Assembly: GCF_963977555.1 (NCBI RefSeq)
Contig: NZ_CAXBPD010000021.1
Coordinates: 19,195 to 83,194 of the forward strand
Source of the DNA: an uncultured Cyclobacterium sp.
GTDB lineage: Bacteria > Bacteroidota > Bacteroidia > Cytophagales > Cyclobacteriaceae
Direction: 5' to 3'
DNA length: 64,000 bases
Made by a program: the position numbers and the translations under genes
In this document: positions 17,114 to 27,132 of the stretch, in pieces
Layout: every line of letters starts with the position of its first letter
Position numbering within the stretch: the stretch's first letter is position 1
Notes under the pieces: generated by a model
What the model was told of the DNA's origin: nothing
The model's database searches: none
Seen by the model: the letters and a program-made list of their open reading frames with translations, nothing else

Positions 17114-17845
17114 TCACTCAATTCCAGGAGCTGTTTTAGAGGAATCTTTAACCAAACGCTGCACTTCCTCAAGCTCTTCAGAAGACAAGTCTCTCCATTT
17201 ACCCTTGGGAACATCTAAGCGAATTTTCATTATCCGAACACGCTGCAGAGACACTACTTTATACCCTAGGTAATCACACATCCTCCTAATTTGTCGGTTA
17301 AGTCCTTGGGTAAGGATTATCTTAAAAGTGTCCTTTCTCATTTGTTTGACATAACACTTTTGGGTGATTATGTCCAAAATGGGCACTCCTTTGCTCATTC
17401 TATCTATAAAGTCTCCTTCAATGTCGCGATTCACTTTTACTATGTACTCCTTTTCATGAGAATTTCCAGCGCGTAATATCTTATTGACGATATCCCCATC
17501 GCTTGTCAAAAAAATAAGGCCTTCACTAGGTTTGTCCAACCTTCCAATATGAAAAATGCGCTGTGGGTGATTGATATAATCTATAATATTGTCTTTTACC
17601 TTTGTGTCTGTAGTGCAAATGATCCCAACAGGTTTGTTAAAAGCAATGTAAACATGCTTTTCATTAGGAGCTGTGACTACCACACCATCAACTTTCACTT
17701 CATCCCCAGGCCCAATCTTAGTCCCCATCTCAGGAACCTTATCATTAATGGTCACCCTATTCGCGGCTATCATTCTGTCGGCTTCCCTTCTGGAGCAATA
17801 CCCTATTTCACTTAGAAACTTATTAATCCTGACTTCACTTTTCAC
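17114..17845 (-). CDS. rluF: 23S rRNA pseudouridine(2604) synthase RluF
   Basis: S4 domain RINKFLSEIGYCSRREAD, GRLD catalytic motif, GLNRQIRRMC; GTG start. Confidence 0.88.
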   Translation of the reverse strand: MKSEVRINKFLSEIGYCSRREADRMIAANRVTINDKVPEMGTKIGPGDEVKVDGVVVTAPNEKHVYIAFNKPVGIICTTDTKVKDNIIDYINHPQRIFHIGRLDKPSEGLIFLTSDGDIVNKILRAGNSHEKEYIVKVNRDIEGDFIDRMSKGVPILDIITQKCYVKQMRKDTFKIILTQGLNRQIRRMCDYLGYKVVSLQRVRIMKIRLDVPKGKWRDLSSEELEEVQRLVKDSSKTAPGIE

Positions 17846-17862
17846 ACTTTATATAATTTAAT

Positions 17863-18861
17863 TTAGCGCCACATTTCCTCAATCAGCTCGGTATAGAAAT
17901 CCTTTAGCGTCATTCCCACGGCTTTTACTTGCTGCGAAATTAGGCTGGTTTCTGTCTGACCAGGCACCGTATTGATTTCTATAAAATAAAAATCGTCCGT
18001 ATGGGTTTCTAAAAAGTAATCCATTCGCACAGCCCCCTTACAATTCAAAGTTTGGTATACTTTCTCGGCTATTTTCCTTACTTTTTCCACATCCCGCTCA
18101 TCCATTCTTCCAGGAGTAATTTCTTCTGAAACCCCAGGTTGGTATTTGGCTTCAAAATCAAAAAATTCTTTGGAACTGATTATCTCCGTCGAAGGAAGAA
18201 CGGTAATTTTGCCTTTGCTCTTATATATTCCAATGGAAAATTCTCTACCACTTACAAACTCCTCCACCATCACCTGATCATCTTCTTTAAAGGCCAGCTC
18301 CAATGCCAGGGTTAACTCTTCGGCACTCTTCGCTTTGCTCATCCCTATACTGCTTCCTCCGTTATTGGGCTTGACAAAAATCGGCAGACTCAACTCCTCC
18401 AAAAGCTCCTCAGCCAACCCATTCCTATTTTCAAACAGTTGCACAGATTTAGCCACATGCAAATCTGCAATACCTTCTATAATTTTCTTGGTATATGCCT
18501 TGTTCATGGTGATGGAAGAAGTGAGGGCATCACAAGTGGTATACGGAATACCTAGCATGTCAAAATACCCAACCAACTTACCATCTTCCCCGGGAGATCC
18601 GTGGATAATGTTAAACACCCCATCAAATTTGATCTTTTCCCCATCTAAGCTAATAGAGAAATCATTAAAGTCTACAGGTATTTTATCTCCATTTGCAGCC
18701 AAATGATAACAACTGTCTTGATAAACATGGACCGGAAACACCTGATAACGGTCCTCATCCAGGTGTTGCGCCACTACAGCAGCACTCTTTAAAGAGACTA
18801 CTGACTCCCCAGTATAGCCTCCCATGACCAACGCAATCTTCTTTTTAATCATTAATCCCAA
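17863..18861 (-). CDS. ddl: D-alanine--D-alanine ligase
   Basis: GGYTGESVVSLKS, IHGSPGEDG, VKPNNGGSSIG, EINTVPG ATP-grasp motifs. Confidence 0.95.
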   Translation of the reverse strand: MGLMIKKKIALVMGGYTGESVVSLKSAAVVAQHLDEDRYQVFPVHVYQDSCYHLAANGDKIPVDFNDFSISLDGEKIKFDGVFNIIHGSPGEDGKLVGYFDMLGIPYTTCDALTSSITMNKAYTKKIIEGIADLHVAKSVQLFENRNGLAEELLEELSLPIFVKPNNGGSSIGMSKAKSAEELTLALELAFKEDDQVMVEEFVSGREFSIGIYKSKGKITVLPSTEIISSKEFFDFEAKYQPGVSEEITPGRMDERDVEKVRKIAEKVYQTLNCKGAVRMDYFLETHTDDFYFIEINTVPGQTETSLISQQVKAVGMTLKDFYTELIEEMWR

Positions 18862-18956
18862 TTTTGATGCGAGTTACAAGAATATTTTGTAAATAAAATC
18901 ATAAATAACTAATTTGATAAACAATTCCACATGGAATTGCTATCTACAAAAAGATT

Positions 18957-19925
18957 ATGAAAGTCCTTTTCTACCTGTGTGCTATTTTACCCCTTGTATT
19001 CTCATGCAATTGGTCTTCAGAGCAGCCGCTTCAAAGTAAGCAAATCCTGGAAGGCTACCACATTACCGCTATTGATTTTGATAAAGCAGGCAATGCATGG
19101 CTGGGAACGCTAGATCAGGGATTAATTAAATATGACGGAGAAAATAAAATTGTTTTCTCTGAAATAAAGGAAATGATTCGATCAATTAAAGTAGACAGCA
19201 AAAATCAGGTTTACATAGGTTCCAATGGTTTGGTCAGGTATGACGGGGAAAAATTCACCCACTTTTATTCGAACAATGGCCTAATGCCCGAAGGCCATGT
19301 AAACGCAATCGCTATCGATTCTCAGGACATGGTTTATTTTTCCGCTGGTAGCTTTCAGAATGGTGGTTTGGGAAAACTAAATAAGGATATCCTGACTTTT
19401 TATGACCCAGAAAACTCACCTTTGCCAGCACACTGGGTGAGTGGAGTAGTCGTCAACCAGCAGGATGAGGTCTGGGTCGCGTCCCAAACCAGTGTAAACG
19501 ACACCTATTTAACCAAATTAAATACACAGGGTCAGTGGGAAGTTTTCTCTCCTGAACAAATAGGTTTTACACCCTATTCTATCACTAATCTTCAGGTAAT
19601 CAGCAATGGAGAACTATTTGGCGGTATAGATTATTCCTTGTCTAGTAGTTCCGGCACTTCCAGACCCCAATTATTTACCTATAATGAAATCAAGGGTAAA
19701 GAAATTACAGCGAACAGGCCTTTTAACACCAATTTTATCCTGGCAGATGGCTCAGACCGCATTTGGTGTTCTGGAATGGGTGGTTATGGCGTTTATGAAA
19801 ATGGGCAATGGTCATGGGATCAGGATTCTTTTCAAGAAATAGGTATTTTCACCCTCGCTGAAGCCCCTAATGGTGACATATGGCTGGGAACAGGGGATGG
19901 CGTCCGTGTGCTGTCTTTTCCTTAA
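18957..19925 (+). CDS. Beta-propeller lipoprotein (two-component regulator propeller-like repeats)
   Basis: Lipobox VFSC; repeated D.xGN(A/I)WLGT..G and YDGE strands. Confidence 0.7.
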   Translation: MKVLFYLCAILPLVFSCNWSSEQPLQSKQILEGYHITAIDFDKAGNAWLGTLDQGLIKYDGENKIVFSEIKEMIRSIKVDSKNQVYIGSNGLVRYDGEKFTHFYSNNGLMPEGHVNAIAIDSQDMVYFSAGSFQNGGLGKLNKDILTFYDPENSPLPAHWVSGVVVNQQDEVWVASQTSVNDTYLTKLNTQGQWEVFSPEQIGFTPYSITNLQVISNGELFGGIDYSLSSSSGTSRPQLFTYNEIKGKEITANRPFNTNFILADGSDRIWCSGMGGYGVYENGQWSWDQDSFQEIGIFTLAEAPNGDIWLGTGDGVRVLSFP

Positions 19926-19950
19926 GTTTTAGTGCGATTTACCCTATGTT

Positions 19951-20040
19951 TTGACTCCGCTCCACCACCGAGGGGACGAGCGTAAAGAAAAGTGCCACAA
20001 AGGCACTTTTTAGCGAGAAGCCTGATTGCGCAGCGGTCAG
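19951..20040. repeat. REP-like palindromic intergenic element
   Basis: Hairpin aaaagtgcc-acaaa-ggcactttt (19988-20010) in a GC-richer block with a gactccgctc core shared with other repeats in the window. Confidence 0.45.
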
Positions 20041-20112
20041 AAATAATTATCGGCAACTCTATTTGAAATTAAAAGAAAAAGTAATGGCCGATCCCTGTGA
20101 TTATACGGCAAT

Positions 20113-20160
20113 GTCCTGGCCGGTTCCTGACCGGAAGGAATAGGCATTAGGTCATACGTA
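20113..20160 (+). repeat. Dispersed ~50-bp repeat, copy A (degenerate)
   Basis: gtcctggccggttcctgaccggaaggaataggcattag resembles 22343-22398 and the reverse complement of 35387-35439. Confidence 0.65.
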
Positions 20161-20331
20161 TCTCCGACGCAAATAAACCAGGTTTATAATCCTGATTTAC
20201 TAAATATTAGGAATTAAGGATGCATACTTCATTTTTCTATTCCCTTAAGGTCATTAAAAATTAATTGACTTTAGAAATGGATTTTAACCTGCCGGTTCTG
20301 TAAATATGCAGGTTGAAATGGTAAATTCCGT

Positions 20332-21999
20332 TTATTCATTGCGAATCTCTACATTTCTAAACAGGTAAGGATTATCACTGACCCGCAGTTCCTTACCACT
20401 TTCGATCGTCACATTTTTAAGCACCACTTCTTCGGATCGCACATGGGGAAATTTTTCCACATAAGAATCGTCCGTCATCTCCTGATTGAAATTGGCGAAA
20501 ATGGCCGGCCCCTGATAGTCCTCAGGATGGTTAGAATCGTCTATGTGCAGGTTTTCAATAACGATTCGCTCTGGCATATATGCCGTGTAGCCGAAATCAT
20601 GTTGCCCGGAATTGGATCCCCCGATCAGGCTGGCACTGCTCTGTCTGCCACCTGCAGGAATAAATACACAATCTCTTACAATTAACTCTCCTTCCCAGGT
20701 GCTGCCATAATCAGAACGCAAATTGATTAGTGTTCTGCCATTAAGGGTGGAGTTTTCCACAAGGAAAGTACCAGTACCGATGGCATTAATTCCCATATGT
20801 CCCAGGGTAGAATGCCGGACCGTAGCATTGGCCACGCCCATATGGGCATCGAAGCGGGAAAAGGTAACATGATCAAGAATCAGGTTTTTGCAAAAATTGG
20901 AGCCCATGATACCCCAGTAGGTGGGGTCGTTGATATCGTTGGTCTGGCTACAGTGCTCAAAAGATACATTTATAGAGCGGCTCAGGGAGATGTCATAGCT
21001 TCCCATAGAAACCGGAACTCCTGCCGATCCAATCGTTCGATAGGTTTTGTGTCCGGTCAGGATACTGTTCCGAACCGTTACATTGGAACAGTCGCGGAAA
21101 TTAAGGAAGCCTCCATAGGGCGCCCCATGCTCGCCTTCACCGTAAATATGGTGTTCAAGTCCCTCCACCAGGACATTGGAACGCCGGATGGCGATGCCAC
21201 GGCTGTGATAGTTGTACCTGGATTCTGCCTGGTTCGCAATGGTGTTAAATATTCCTCCCGTGATTGTCAAAAGAGTCTCATCCATGGGCAGAGCGGTGAT
21301 CTCCGTTATTTGGTCAAAGTCCCAGACGATAGGCGCATTTGGATCCACATTCCCGTCTTTGTCGACGATAAAGATGTCCGTCTGAGGCGAACCATCATTT
21401 TCATTGGGACCATAACGGATATACCGTCTCACGTTGTCATCCGTGACGGTGACCAGACAGGGCCCGGGAAAGGGAACGTCTAATTTTTGCTGGTCTCTTT
21501 TGAGGGAAGTCACACCTTCCAGGTCAAAAGAGCGAAGGTTGGAACTTACCATAAAGACATGCTTGGTACGGTCCTCCACTTCGGTATCGTCTATGATAAA
21601 CTGAGCCATTCCGAAATCGGTGTCCGTCTGAATCATAGCAATCCGCCCCTTCCCACTGATGTAGTACCTGGCACTATTGTCGGCTTTCACCGAAAATCCC
21701 AACTGATTGGCCACAGCATGGGTCGCCGCAATTGCGTCGATATCGTCCGCCTTGCCATCTCCTTTGGCCCCAAAATCACTATAATGAAGTTGCCCCTGAT
21801 TTTTAAAGGTGTTAAGATCTTCAGAAGAAACGTTTACAAGTAATTCACCCTGTTCATTTATGCGAACCTGCGTTTGGCCCTGCTCGTAGCTAATGTGTAC
21901 GATTTCCTGGGCAAAAGCGGAAAGCCTACCAAGGAAGAGAATAAAAAAGAAAAGGATGAGTTGATTTTTCATGGTAATTGGGTATTTTATTGCAGTCAA
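20332..21999 (-). CDS. Secreted right-handed parallel beta-helix protein (pectate lyase superfamily-like)
   Basis: YSDFGAKGDGKADD N-terminal Pectate_lyase_3-type motif, beta-helix-like repeats, signal peptide (likely start MKNQLI). Confidence 0.7.
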   Translation of the reverse strand: MTAIKYPITMKNQLILFFFILFLGRLSAFAQEIVHISYEQGQTQVRINEQGELLVNVSSEDLNTFKNQGQLHYSDFGAKGDGKADDIDAIAATHAVANQLGFSVKADNSARYYISGKGRIAMIQTDTDFGMAQFIIDDTEVEDRTKHVFMVSSNLRSFDLEGVTSLKRDQQKLDVPFPGPCLVTVTDDNVRRYIRYGPNENDGSPQTDIFIVDKDGNVDPNAPIVWDFDQITEITALPMDETLLTITGGIFNTIANQAESRYNYHSRGIAIRRSNVLVEGLEHHIYGEGEHGAPYGGFLNFRDCSNVTVRNSILTGHKTYRTIGSAGVPVSMGSYDISLSRSINVSFEHCSQTNDINDPTYWGIMGSNFCKNLILDHVTFSRFDAHMGVANATVRHSTLGHMGINAIGTGTFLVENSTLNGRTLINLRSDYGSTWEGELIVRDCVFIPAGGRQSSASLIGGSNSGQHDFGYTAYMPERIVIENLHIDDSNHPEDYQGPAIFANFNQEMTDDSYVEKFPHVRSEEVVLKNVTIESGKELRVSDNPYLFRNVEIRNE

Positions 22000-22342
22000 T
22001 CTATCATAAAACGGATGAATAAGTCCTTAGGAAAGCTTATCCGAAACATCTTTGTAAACTAGGGATTTTCATACATAAAGCCAATAAAATTTCGATTAAC
22101 GGGCTTAAATCGAAACAGGGTGCATATTTTGGCACCTGAAATGAAAAGATATAAAAAATAATTGAGGCTCACCAACAATAAATAGAAATCCTGAATTGTG
22201 AAATTGCGAGGCAATAGTAATTCAAACAATAGGTAAACTTTCAGTGTGCCACTATTTTACAATTTTCGTTGAGCGTTCCCTATTTGGGTTTTTAAAAGGA
22301 ATAATTCATAAAAAGTTCTGTCTGGTTCTTGTGATTGTCATT

Positions 22343-22398
22343 GTCCTAGCCGGTTCCTGAGCGGAGCCGGAGTAGGCGTTACGTACTCGTTACCCTAT
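22343..22398 (+). repeat. Dispersed ~55-bp repeat, copy B
   Basis: gtcctagccggttcctgagcggagccggagtaggcgttacgtactcgttaccctat; near-identical to the reverse complement of 35387-35439. Confidence 0.75.
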
Positions 22399-22498
22399 AA
22401 AAAATTACCGCTTAAGTTTAAGTAATACAATTTTGATGGTAACTTTGACCTTAATAAATCCCTAATATAAGATTGTAATACCTGCCCATTTACCTTCC

Positions 22499-24418
22499 AT
22501 GAAACATATTTTATTGACTGCATTATTACCCTTCCTTTTAATCACTAATGCTTGGGCCATTTCGGGTGATACTTTGCAAATTACCAGCCATGATGCCATC
22601 ACGGTAGTAACCGATCCTTCCAAAGGGGCCAACACCTATACAGAATGGGCGGTATTCCCTAGCAAGGAGGAGGCTGTCAGAAAAATAGTCATGAAAATCA
22701 AGTTTGCCTGCCCGGATAATATGCGTTGTGCCGACTGGGATTACCTAGACCATGTCACTCTCAAAAGAACGGAAGGAGTGAATGGAGAAGTGAAGGACTT
22801 CGAAATTGGAAGAATGCTTACTCCCTATGGAGGTGCATTTGGTAAAGATTGGGAATTTGATTGGCAAGTAGATGTTACTGATTTCTCATTGCTTTTAAGG
22901 GACAGTGTTGAATTGGAATACAAGCATACCGGCTATGAGCCTAACAATGACCGTGGCTGGAAAGTCACTGTAGCCTTTGACATTATCAAAGGTCAACCCG
23001 CCATGGAGCCAGTTTCCATAACCAAAATTTACAATGGTTCATTTGCCTATGGTGACAAAGAAAACCCTATTGAAGAGGCATTGGTACCTGTGCGCTTTGC
23101 TCCTGAACAAGAGGCCGCTTTAGGCAGATTAAGGATTATACAAACCGGACATGGAATGGACCGGCCGGATGGTTGTGGAGAATTTTGCAATAAATTCAGA
23201 GATTTCCTGCTGGATGAAAAATTGGTTGCCAGTCGACAAATATGGAAACAGTGCGGAGAAAATCCACTCTATCCTCAAGCTGGAACCTGGATTTTCGACC
23301 GGGCAAACTGGTGTCCGGGAGACCTGATCCAGCCGGATTTGTATGATTTTGCTTTGACCAAATCAGTGCACACAGTTCAGTTGAAAATGGAGAATTACAG
23401 CTCGCCTAAACCCAGTGCCAATGAACTGATCGCCGCTTATCTCATTCAGTACAAACCCTACCAAAAGAAGCATGATGTTGCCATTGAGGACATCATTATC
23501 CCCTCTGACAAAGCCATTCATAGCAGAATTAACCCAGCAACTTTTGCTCCCACCATCGTCATTAAAAACAATGGGGCAGTCCCTTTAACCAGCCTGGCTA
23601 TTAATCATGGAACCACAGGGCAAAAACCAAATAAATTTAGCTGGAATGGTTCGCTTCAACCGGGAGAAATAGACACCATCAGTATACCGGGGCTAATTCC
23701 TCAGGAGGGCATGCTCGCTTATCATTTTGAATTGGACCGACCCAATGGTAATAAGGACGCTTTCAAGAAGGACAATCAAATGTCCTCCAATTATTCACGC
23801 ACCGCTATCCATGGATCTGAATTGATTTTCCATTTAGAAACAAACCGGGCATCGGAGGACAATGGCTATCAAGTCATCGATGCATATGATAATGTGGTTT
23901 ACGAAAGAACCGTTGGAACGCTGGTCGCAGACACCACCTATAAAGACACCCTTAAATTAAGTAATGGCGCCTACCAGTTGCATTTGTTGGATGAGGGTGG
24001 CGATGGTCTGGAATTTTGGTATAAAACAAAAGCAGGGCGAGGAAAATCCATTTTGCTTAATCATGAAGGAAAAATTGTCAAAAGTTTTGATTCAGACTTC
24101 GGAAGCAGCATCACTTATAACTTTACCGTAGGGGACAATCCTGACCCAATTAAAGAAAATGAAATATCCCTAGGTGTCTTCCCTACAAGAACAAAAGATT
24201 TCACCTACTTTGATTTCCTGTCAAACAATCCGGAAGAAGTGGTCATCAAATTGGTGAAAGATCCTGGAGGGGAGGTCGTGGAAGAGCATCATTACAGTAA
24301 TTTCAAAGAAGGCAGGCTTACCTTTGACCTGAGCAGGTACCCTAAAAGCAGGTATTTTTTTAGGGTATTTGTAAAGGATAAGGTAGTGTACAACAAAAGG
24401 GTTAGAGTGAAGGAATGA
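22499..24418 (+). CDS. Peptide-N-glycosidase F-related secreted protein with Ig/CARDB-like and probable T9SS-like C-terminal domains
   Basis: CADWDY, LTPYG, QTGHG..CGEFC, RANWCPG motifs of PNGase F-type domains; signal peptide; C-terminal GVFPTRT..YFFRV..KRVRVKE. Confidence 0.8.
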   Translation: MKHILLTALLPFLLITNAWAISGDTLQITSHDAITVVTDPSKGANTYTEWAVFPSKEEAVRKIVMKIKFACPDNMRCADWDYLDHVTLKRTEGVNGEVKDFEIGRMLTPYGGAFGKDWEFDWQVDVTDFSLLLRDSVELEYKHTGYEPNNDRGWKVTVAFDIIKGQPAMEPVSITKIYNGSFAYGDKENPIEEALVPVRFAPEQEAALGRLRIIQTGHGMDRPDGCGEFCNKFRDFLLDEKLVASRQIWKQCGENPLYPQAGTWIFDRANWCPGDLIQPDLYDFALTKSVHTVQLKMENYSSPKPSANELIAAYLIQYKPYQKKHDVAIEDIIIPSDKAIHSRINPATFAPTIVIKNNGAVPLTSLAINHGTTGQKPNKFSWNGSLQPGEIDTISIPGLIPQEGMLAYHFELDRPNGNKDAFKKDNQMSSNYSRTAIHGSELIFHLETNRASEDNGYQVIDAYDNVVYERTVGTLVADTTYKDTLKLSNGAYQLHLLDEGGDGLEFWYKTKAGRGKSILLNHEGKIVKSFDSDFGSSITYNFTVGDNPDPIKENEISLGVFPTRTKDFTYFDFLSNNPEEVVIKLVKDPGGEVVEEHHYSNFKEGRLTFDLSRYPKSRYFFRVFVKDKVVYNKRVRVKE

Positions 24419-24557
24419 TTTGCGGATTGATCCGGATGGAGCAGTGCTTTATTGCTTGATATCTTATTGGCTTCGGCTCCGCTCAGCCGCCGGGAGCATA
24501 CTAGCCGCCGGGGTAATGATCAGCCACCAGAGAGATGACTAGCCTCCGAGCCATTAA

Positions 24558-24588
24558 AAAAGGCCATCTTTACACAAAGATGGCCTTT
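24558..24588. terminator. Bidirectional intrinsic terminator
   Basis: aaaggccatcttt / aaagatggccttt inverted repeat between convergent genes. Confidence 0.8.
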
Positions 24589-24612
24589 CTATTTACTTAT
24601 GAAAAATCTTTT

Positions 24613-25680
24613 TTATACCCTTTCCAACTTAACCGGATAGGTTTTTTGAGAAGCCCATTGGGGGACGTATATGTTCTCGTCTCTGTCTACACAGACATCA
24701 TGCGGATGCATGAATCCCTGGAAGCTCATGTCTTTTCGTTGTTCCTGAAGTTCTCCATTTACGTATTCAGGTGCAGTACCACCTGGAGTGGAGACTACTT
24801 GGTCATTTTTGTCCAATACGGTGATGTATCCAGAATTTGGATAAGCCTGGGTTGTACTTCTGTAGACAGCTGCATATACATTGTCTCCTCTTAATACTGG
24901 GCGACATACAAAAGAGCCAGGTGTAGGTATGGTCTTGATGTATTTTCCATCTAAGGTAAAGCGCTTGTACTGCATATTGCCCCTATCTGTAATTAATAAA
25001 GTAGGGTTATTCTTGTCTCTGGTATCTACCAAAATACCATGGCAGCAGTTAAAGGTTTCATTGGTTTCGCCCTTACCACCAAACTGACGAATCAATTCTC
25101 CTTTGGCGTTGTATTGGGTTACGTAGTTCATTCCATATCCATCTACTATATAGATATCTCCATTGGCTGGATTAATAGCGGTTTCTGTTGGAACAAATTG
25201 TTTGGGATAAGCATAATTACCGGTTTCTCTTGGGTAATCTAGCACCATAATTTCCCTGCCTTTTAGGTCTGTTTTAATTACCTGACTTCGAGTATTGTCT
25301 GCGATATATAAAAACTCTTCTCCACCTTCATCATGGATAGTAAGTCCATGCGCTCCAGGGTAGGTAGTACCCCAAGTTTCTAATAATTTTCCTGATTTGT
25401 CATATATGATGACATTGTTCTTGGTTTCATTGGTCAAAAGGATCAGTCTTCCTTTTGCATCTTCTACCATTTCATGGCAATCATTTACAGGATTTTTAAC
25501 TGGATCTAAACTGCCCCATCCTTCTATGACCTTGTAACGGTGCGAGCCATGTCCTAGTAAGTTATCATTTTCCATTGCATAAGTTTTATTTACAATAATA
25601 TTAGGTATCACAGCACCAGCAAGTACTGTTAGGCCCGACTTCTTAAGGAATTCTCTTCTTGGGTTTAGGTTTTCTTTCAT
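24613..25680 (-). CDS. Tat-exported NHL-repeat 6-bladed beta-propeller (PAL/peptidylglycine lyase-like)
   Basis: RREFLKK Tat motif; HGLTI, IYIVDGYG, CHGI, HPHDVCVD NHL blades. Confidence 0.8.
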   Translation of the reverse strand: MKENLNPRREFLKKSGLTVLAGAVIPNIIVNKTYAMENDNLLGHGSHRYKVIEGWGSLDPVKNPVNDCHEMVEDAKGRLILLTNETKNNVIIYDKSGKLLETWGTTYPGAHGLTIHDEGGEEFLYIADNTRSQVIKTDLKGREIMVLDYPRETGNYAYPKQFVPTETAINPANGDIYIVDGYGMNYVTQYNAKGELIRQFGGKGETNETFNCCHGILVDTRDKNNPTLLITDRGNMQYKRFTLDGKYIKTIPTPGSFVCRPVLRGDNVYAAVYRSTTQAYPNSGYITVLDKNDQVVSTPGGTAPEYVNGELQEQRKDMSFQGFMHPHDVCVDRDENIYVPQWASQKTYPVKLERV

Positions 25681-25689
25681 GGGTGTAAT

Positions 25690-27117
25690 TTAAGCGAATA
25701 AATCCATTTCTGCCTCCCCATGTCCATCAGGAGTAGTATAAAAAGGACGTTTTTCTATTTCAAAATTTGTTTCAGGGTCCATGCCGAGGGCATGATATAT
25801 GGTTTGATGTATACCTGCTATTTTAATAGGGTTTTCTATACTTTTACAAGGCCTTTCATCAGCAGTTTTGCCGTAAACATGGCCTTTTTTGATGCCTCCA
25901 CCAAACATCAGCATAGAACAGCCATCTGTAAAATGCCTGTGCATACCATAGTTCTTCAAATCCTGGATAATGTCTGGTACTTCTACCTGGTCCTTTACTG
26001 TCGCACCGGGCCTTCCTTCAGTAAGCATGTCTCGGCTAAACTCACTGGCCAAAACCACAATCGTTCTGTCAAGCCTACCACTTTCATCAAGGTCTTTAAT
26101 AAGTTGAGCGATAGGAGCATCAATTTGCTTTTTCATGTCCGTGAGCCTTGTGTGCCCATTTTCATGCGTATCCCAACCCTTGAAAGGTTCATATTCGGAA
26201 GTTACACTTATAAACCGAGCCCCCTGATCTACTAGTCTTTTTGCCATAAGACAACCTAAGCCAAATTTGCCTGTATTGTATACATCGTATTTTTCTTTGG
26301 GTTCCAGGCTTAGGTCAAAAGCTTTCGCTTCTGGAGAATTCAATAACATATACGCCTGCTCCATGGACCGTTTCAAAGATTCTTTCTGGTAATCACTACC
26401 AAATTCTCCCATGGCACTTTCCTTTATCAGATTTTCATAGAGCTGATTTCTGGCTTCAAATCGCTTGTTAGACATTCCTACCGGAGGCCGAACACTGTCC
26501 AATCCAGAAGTAGGATCGGGTATTAAAAACGGACCGTACTCACTTCCTAAAAACCCTGCACTGTGGAAAGCTTTCAATTCCTCCCCTTCACCAACGGTGA
26601 AACGCTGTCCAATATTAATAAATGCGGGAATTACAGGATTTACCGAACCTAACTCTTTGGCCATCCATGAACCCATATGCGGCACTGCCACAGACTGAGG
26701 AGGTTCATAGCAGGTATGCCAATTGTACTGGTGACGGGTATGCAGAATATGACCCAAGTCAGCTGCCACATAGGAGCGGATCAAGCTTCCTCTGTCCATG
26801 ACCTGACCAATTTTCTCCAATCCTTCAGAAAAATTTATACCATCTAATACAGTAGGCACAGCCTTAAAAGTACTTAAGACCTCTTTGGACTCCATGCCCT
26901 TTCTAAATGGTGTGTACTTCTTGGGATCAAAGGTTTCGGTATGGGCCATACCTCCTGCCATGTACAGTAAAATAACGGTATCGGCCTTACTTGTAATTTG
27001 ATCCTTGGGTGAGCAAGAATTTAACAATGCTGATAATGGAGCTCCTGCAGCCATGGCCGCAATAGATGCAGCACTTGTCTTCTTTAGAAAATCTCTTCTT
27101 CTCCAATTATAATTCAT
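25690..27117 (-). CDS. DUF1501 family protein (Tat signal)
   Basis: RRDFLKK; GGMAHTETFDPK; GWDTHENG; SEFSR; GGGIKKG.VYGKT. Confidence 0.9.
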   Translation of the reverse strand: MNYNWRRRDFLKKTSAASIAAMAAGAPLSALLNSCSPKDQITSKADTVILLYMAGGMAHTETFDPKKYTPFRKGMESKEVLSTFKAVPTVLDGINFSEGLEKIGQVMDRGSLIRSYVAADLGHILHTRHQYNWHTCYEPPQSVAVPHMGSWMAKELGSVNPVIPAFINIGQRFTVGEGEELKAFHSAGFLGSEYGPFLIPDPTSGLDSVRPPVGMSNKRFEARNQLYENLIKESAMGEFGSDYQKESLKRSMEQAYMLLNSPEAKAFDLSLEPKEKYDVYNTGKFGLGCLMAKRLVDQGARFISVTSEYEPFKGWDTHENGHTRLTDMKKQIDAPIAQLIKDLDESGRLDRTIVVLASEFSRDMLTEGRPGATVKDQVEVPDIIQDLKNYGMHRHFTDGCSMLMFGGGIKKGHVYGKTADERPCKSIENPIKIAGIHQTIYHALGMDPETNFEIEKRPFYTTPDGHGEAEMDLFA

Positions 27118-27132
27118 AGCTTTTGCATTTGA

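Noticed and set aside
20797-21843. Long plus-strand ORFs (228 aa and 118 aa)
   Set aside because: Antisense to the beta-helix gene; expected from its high GC and lacking recognisable motifs
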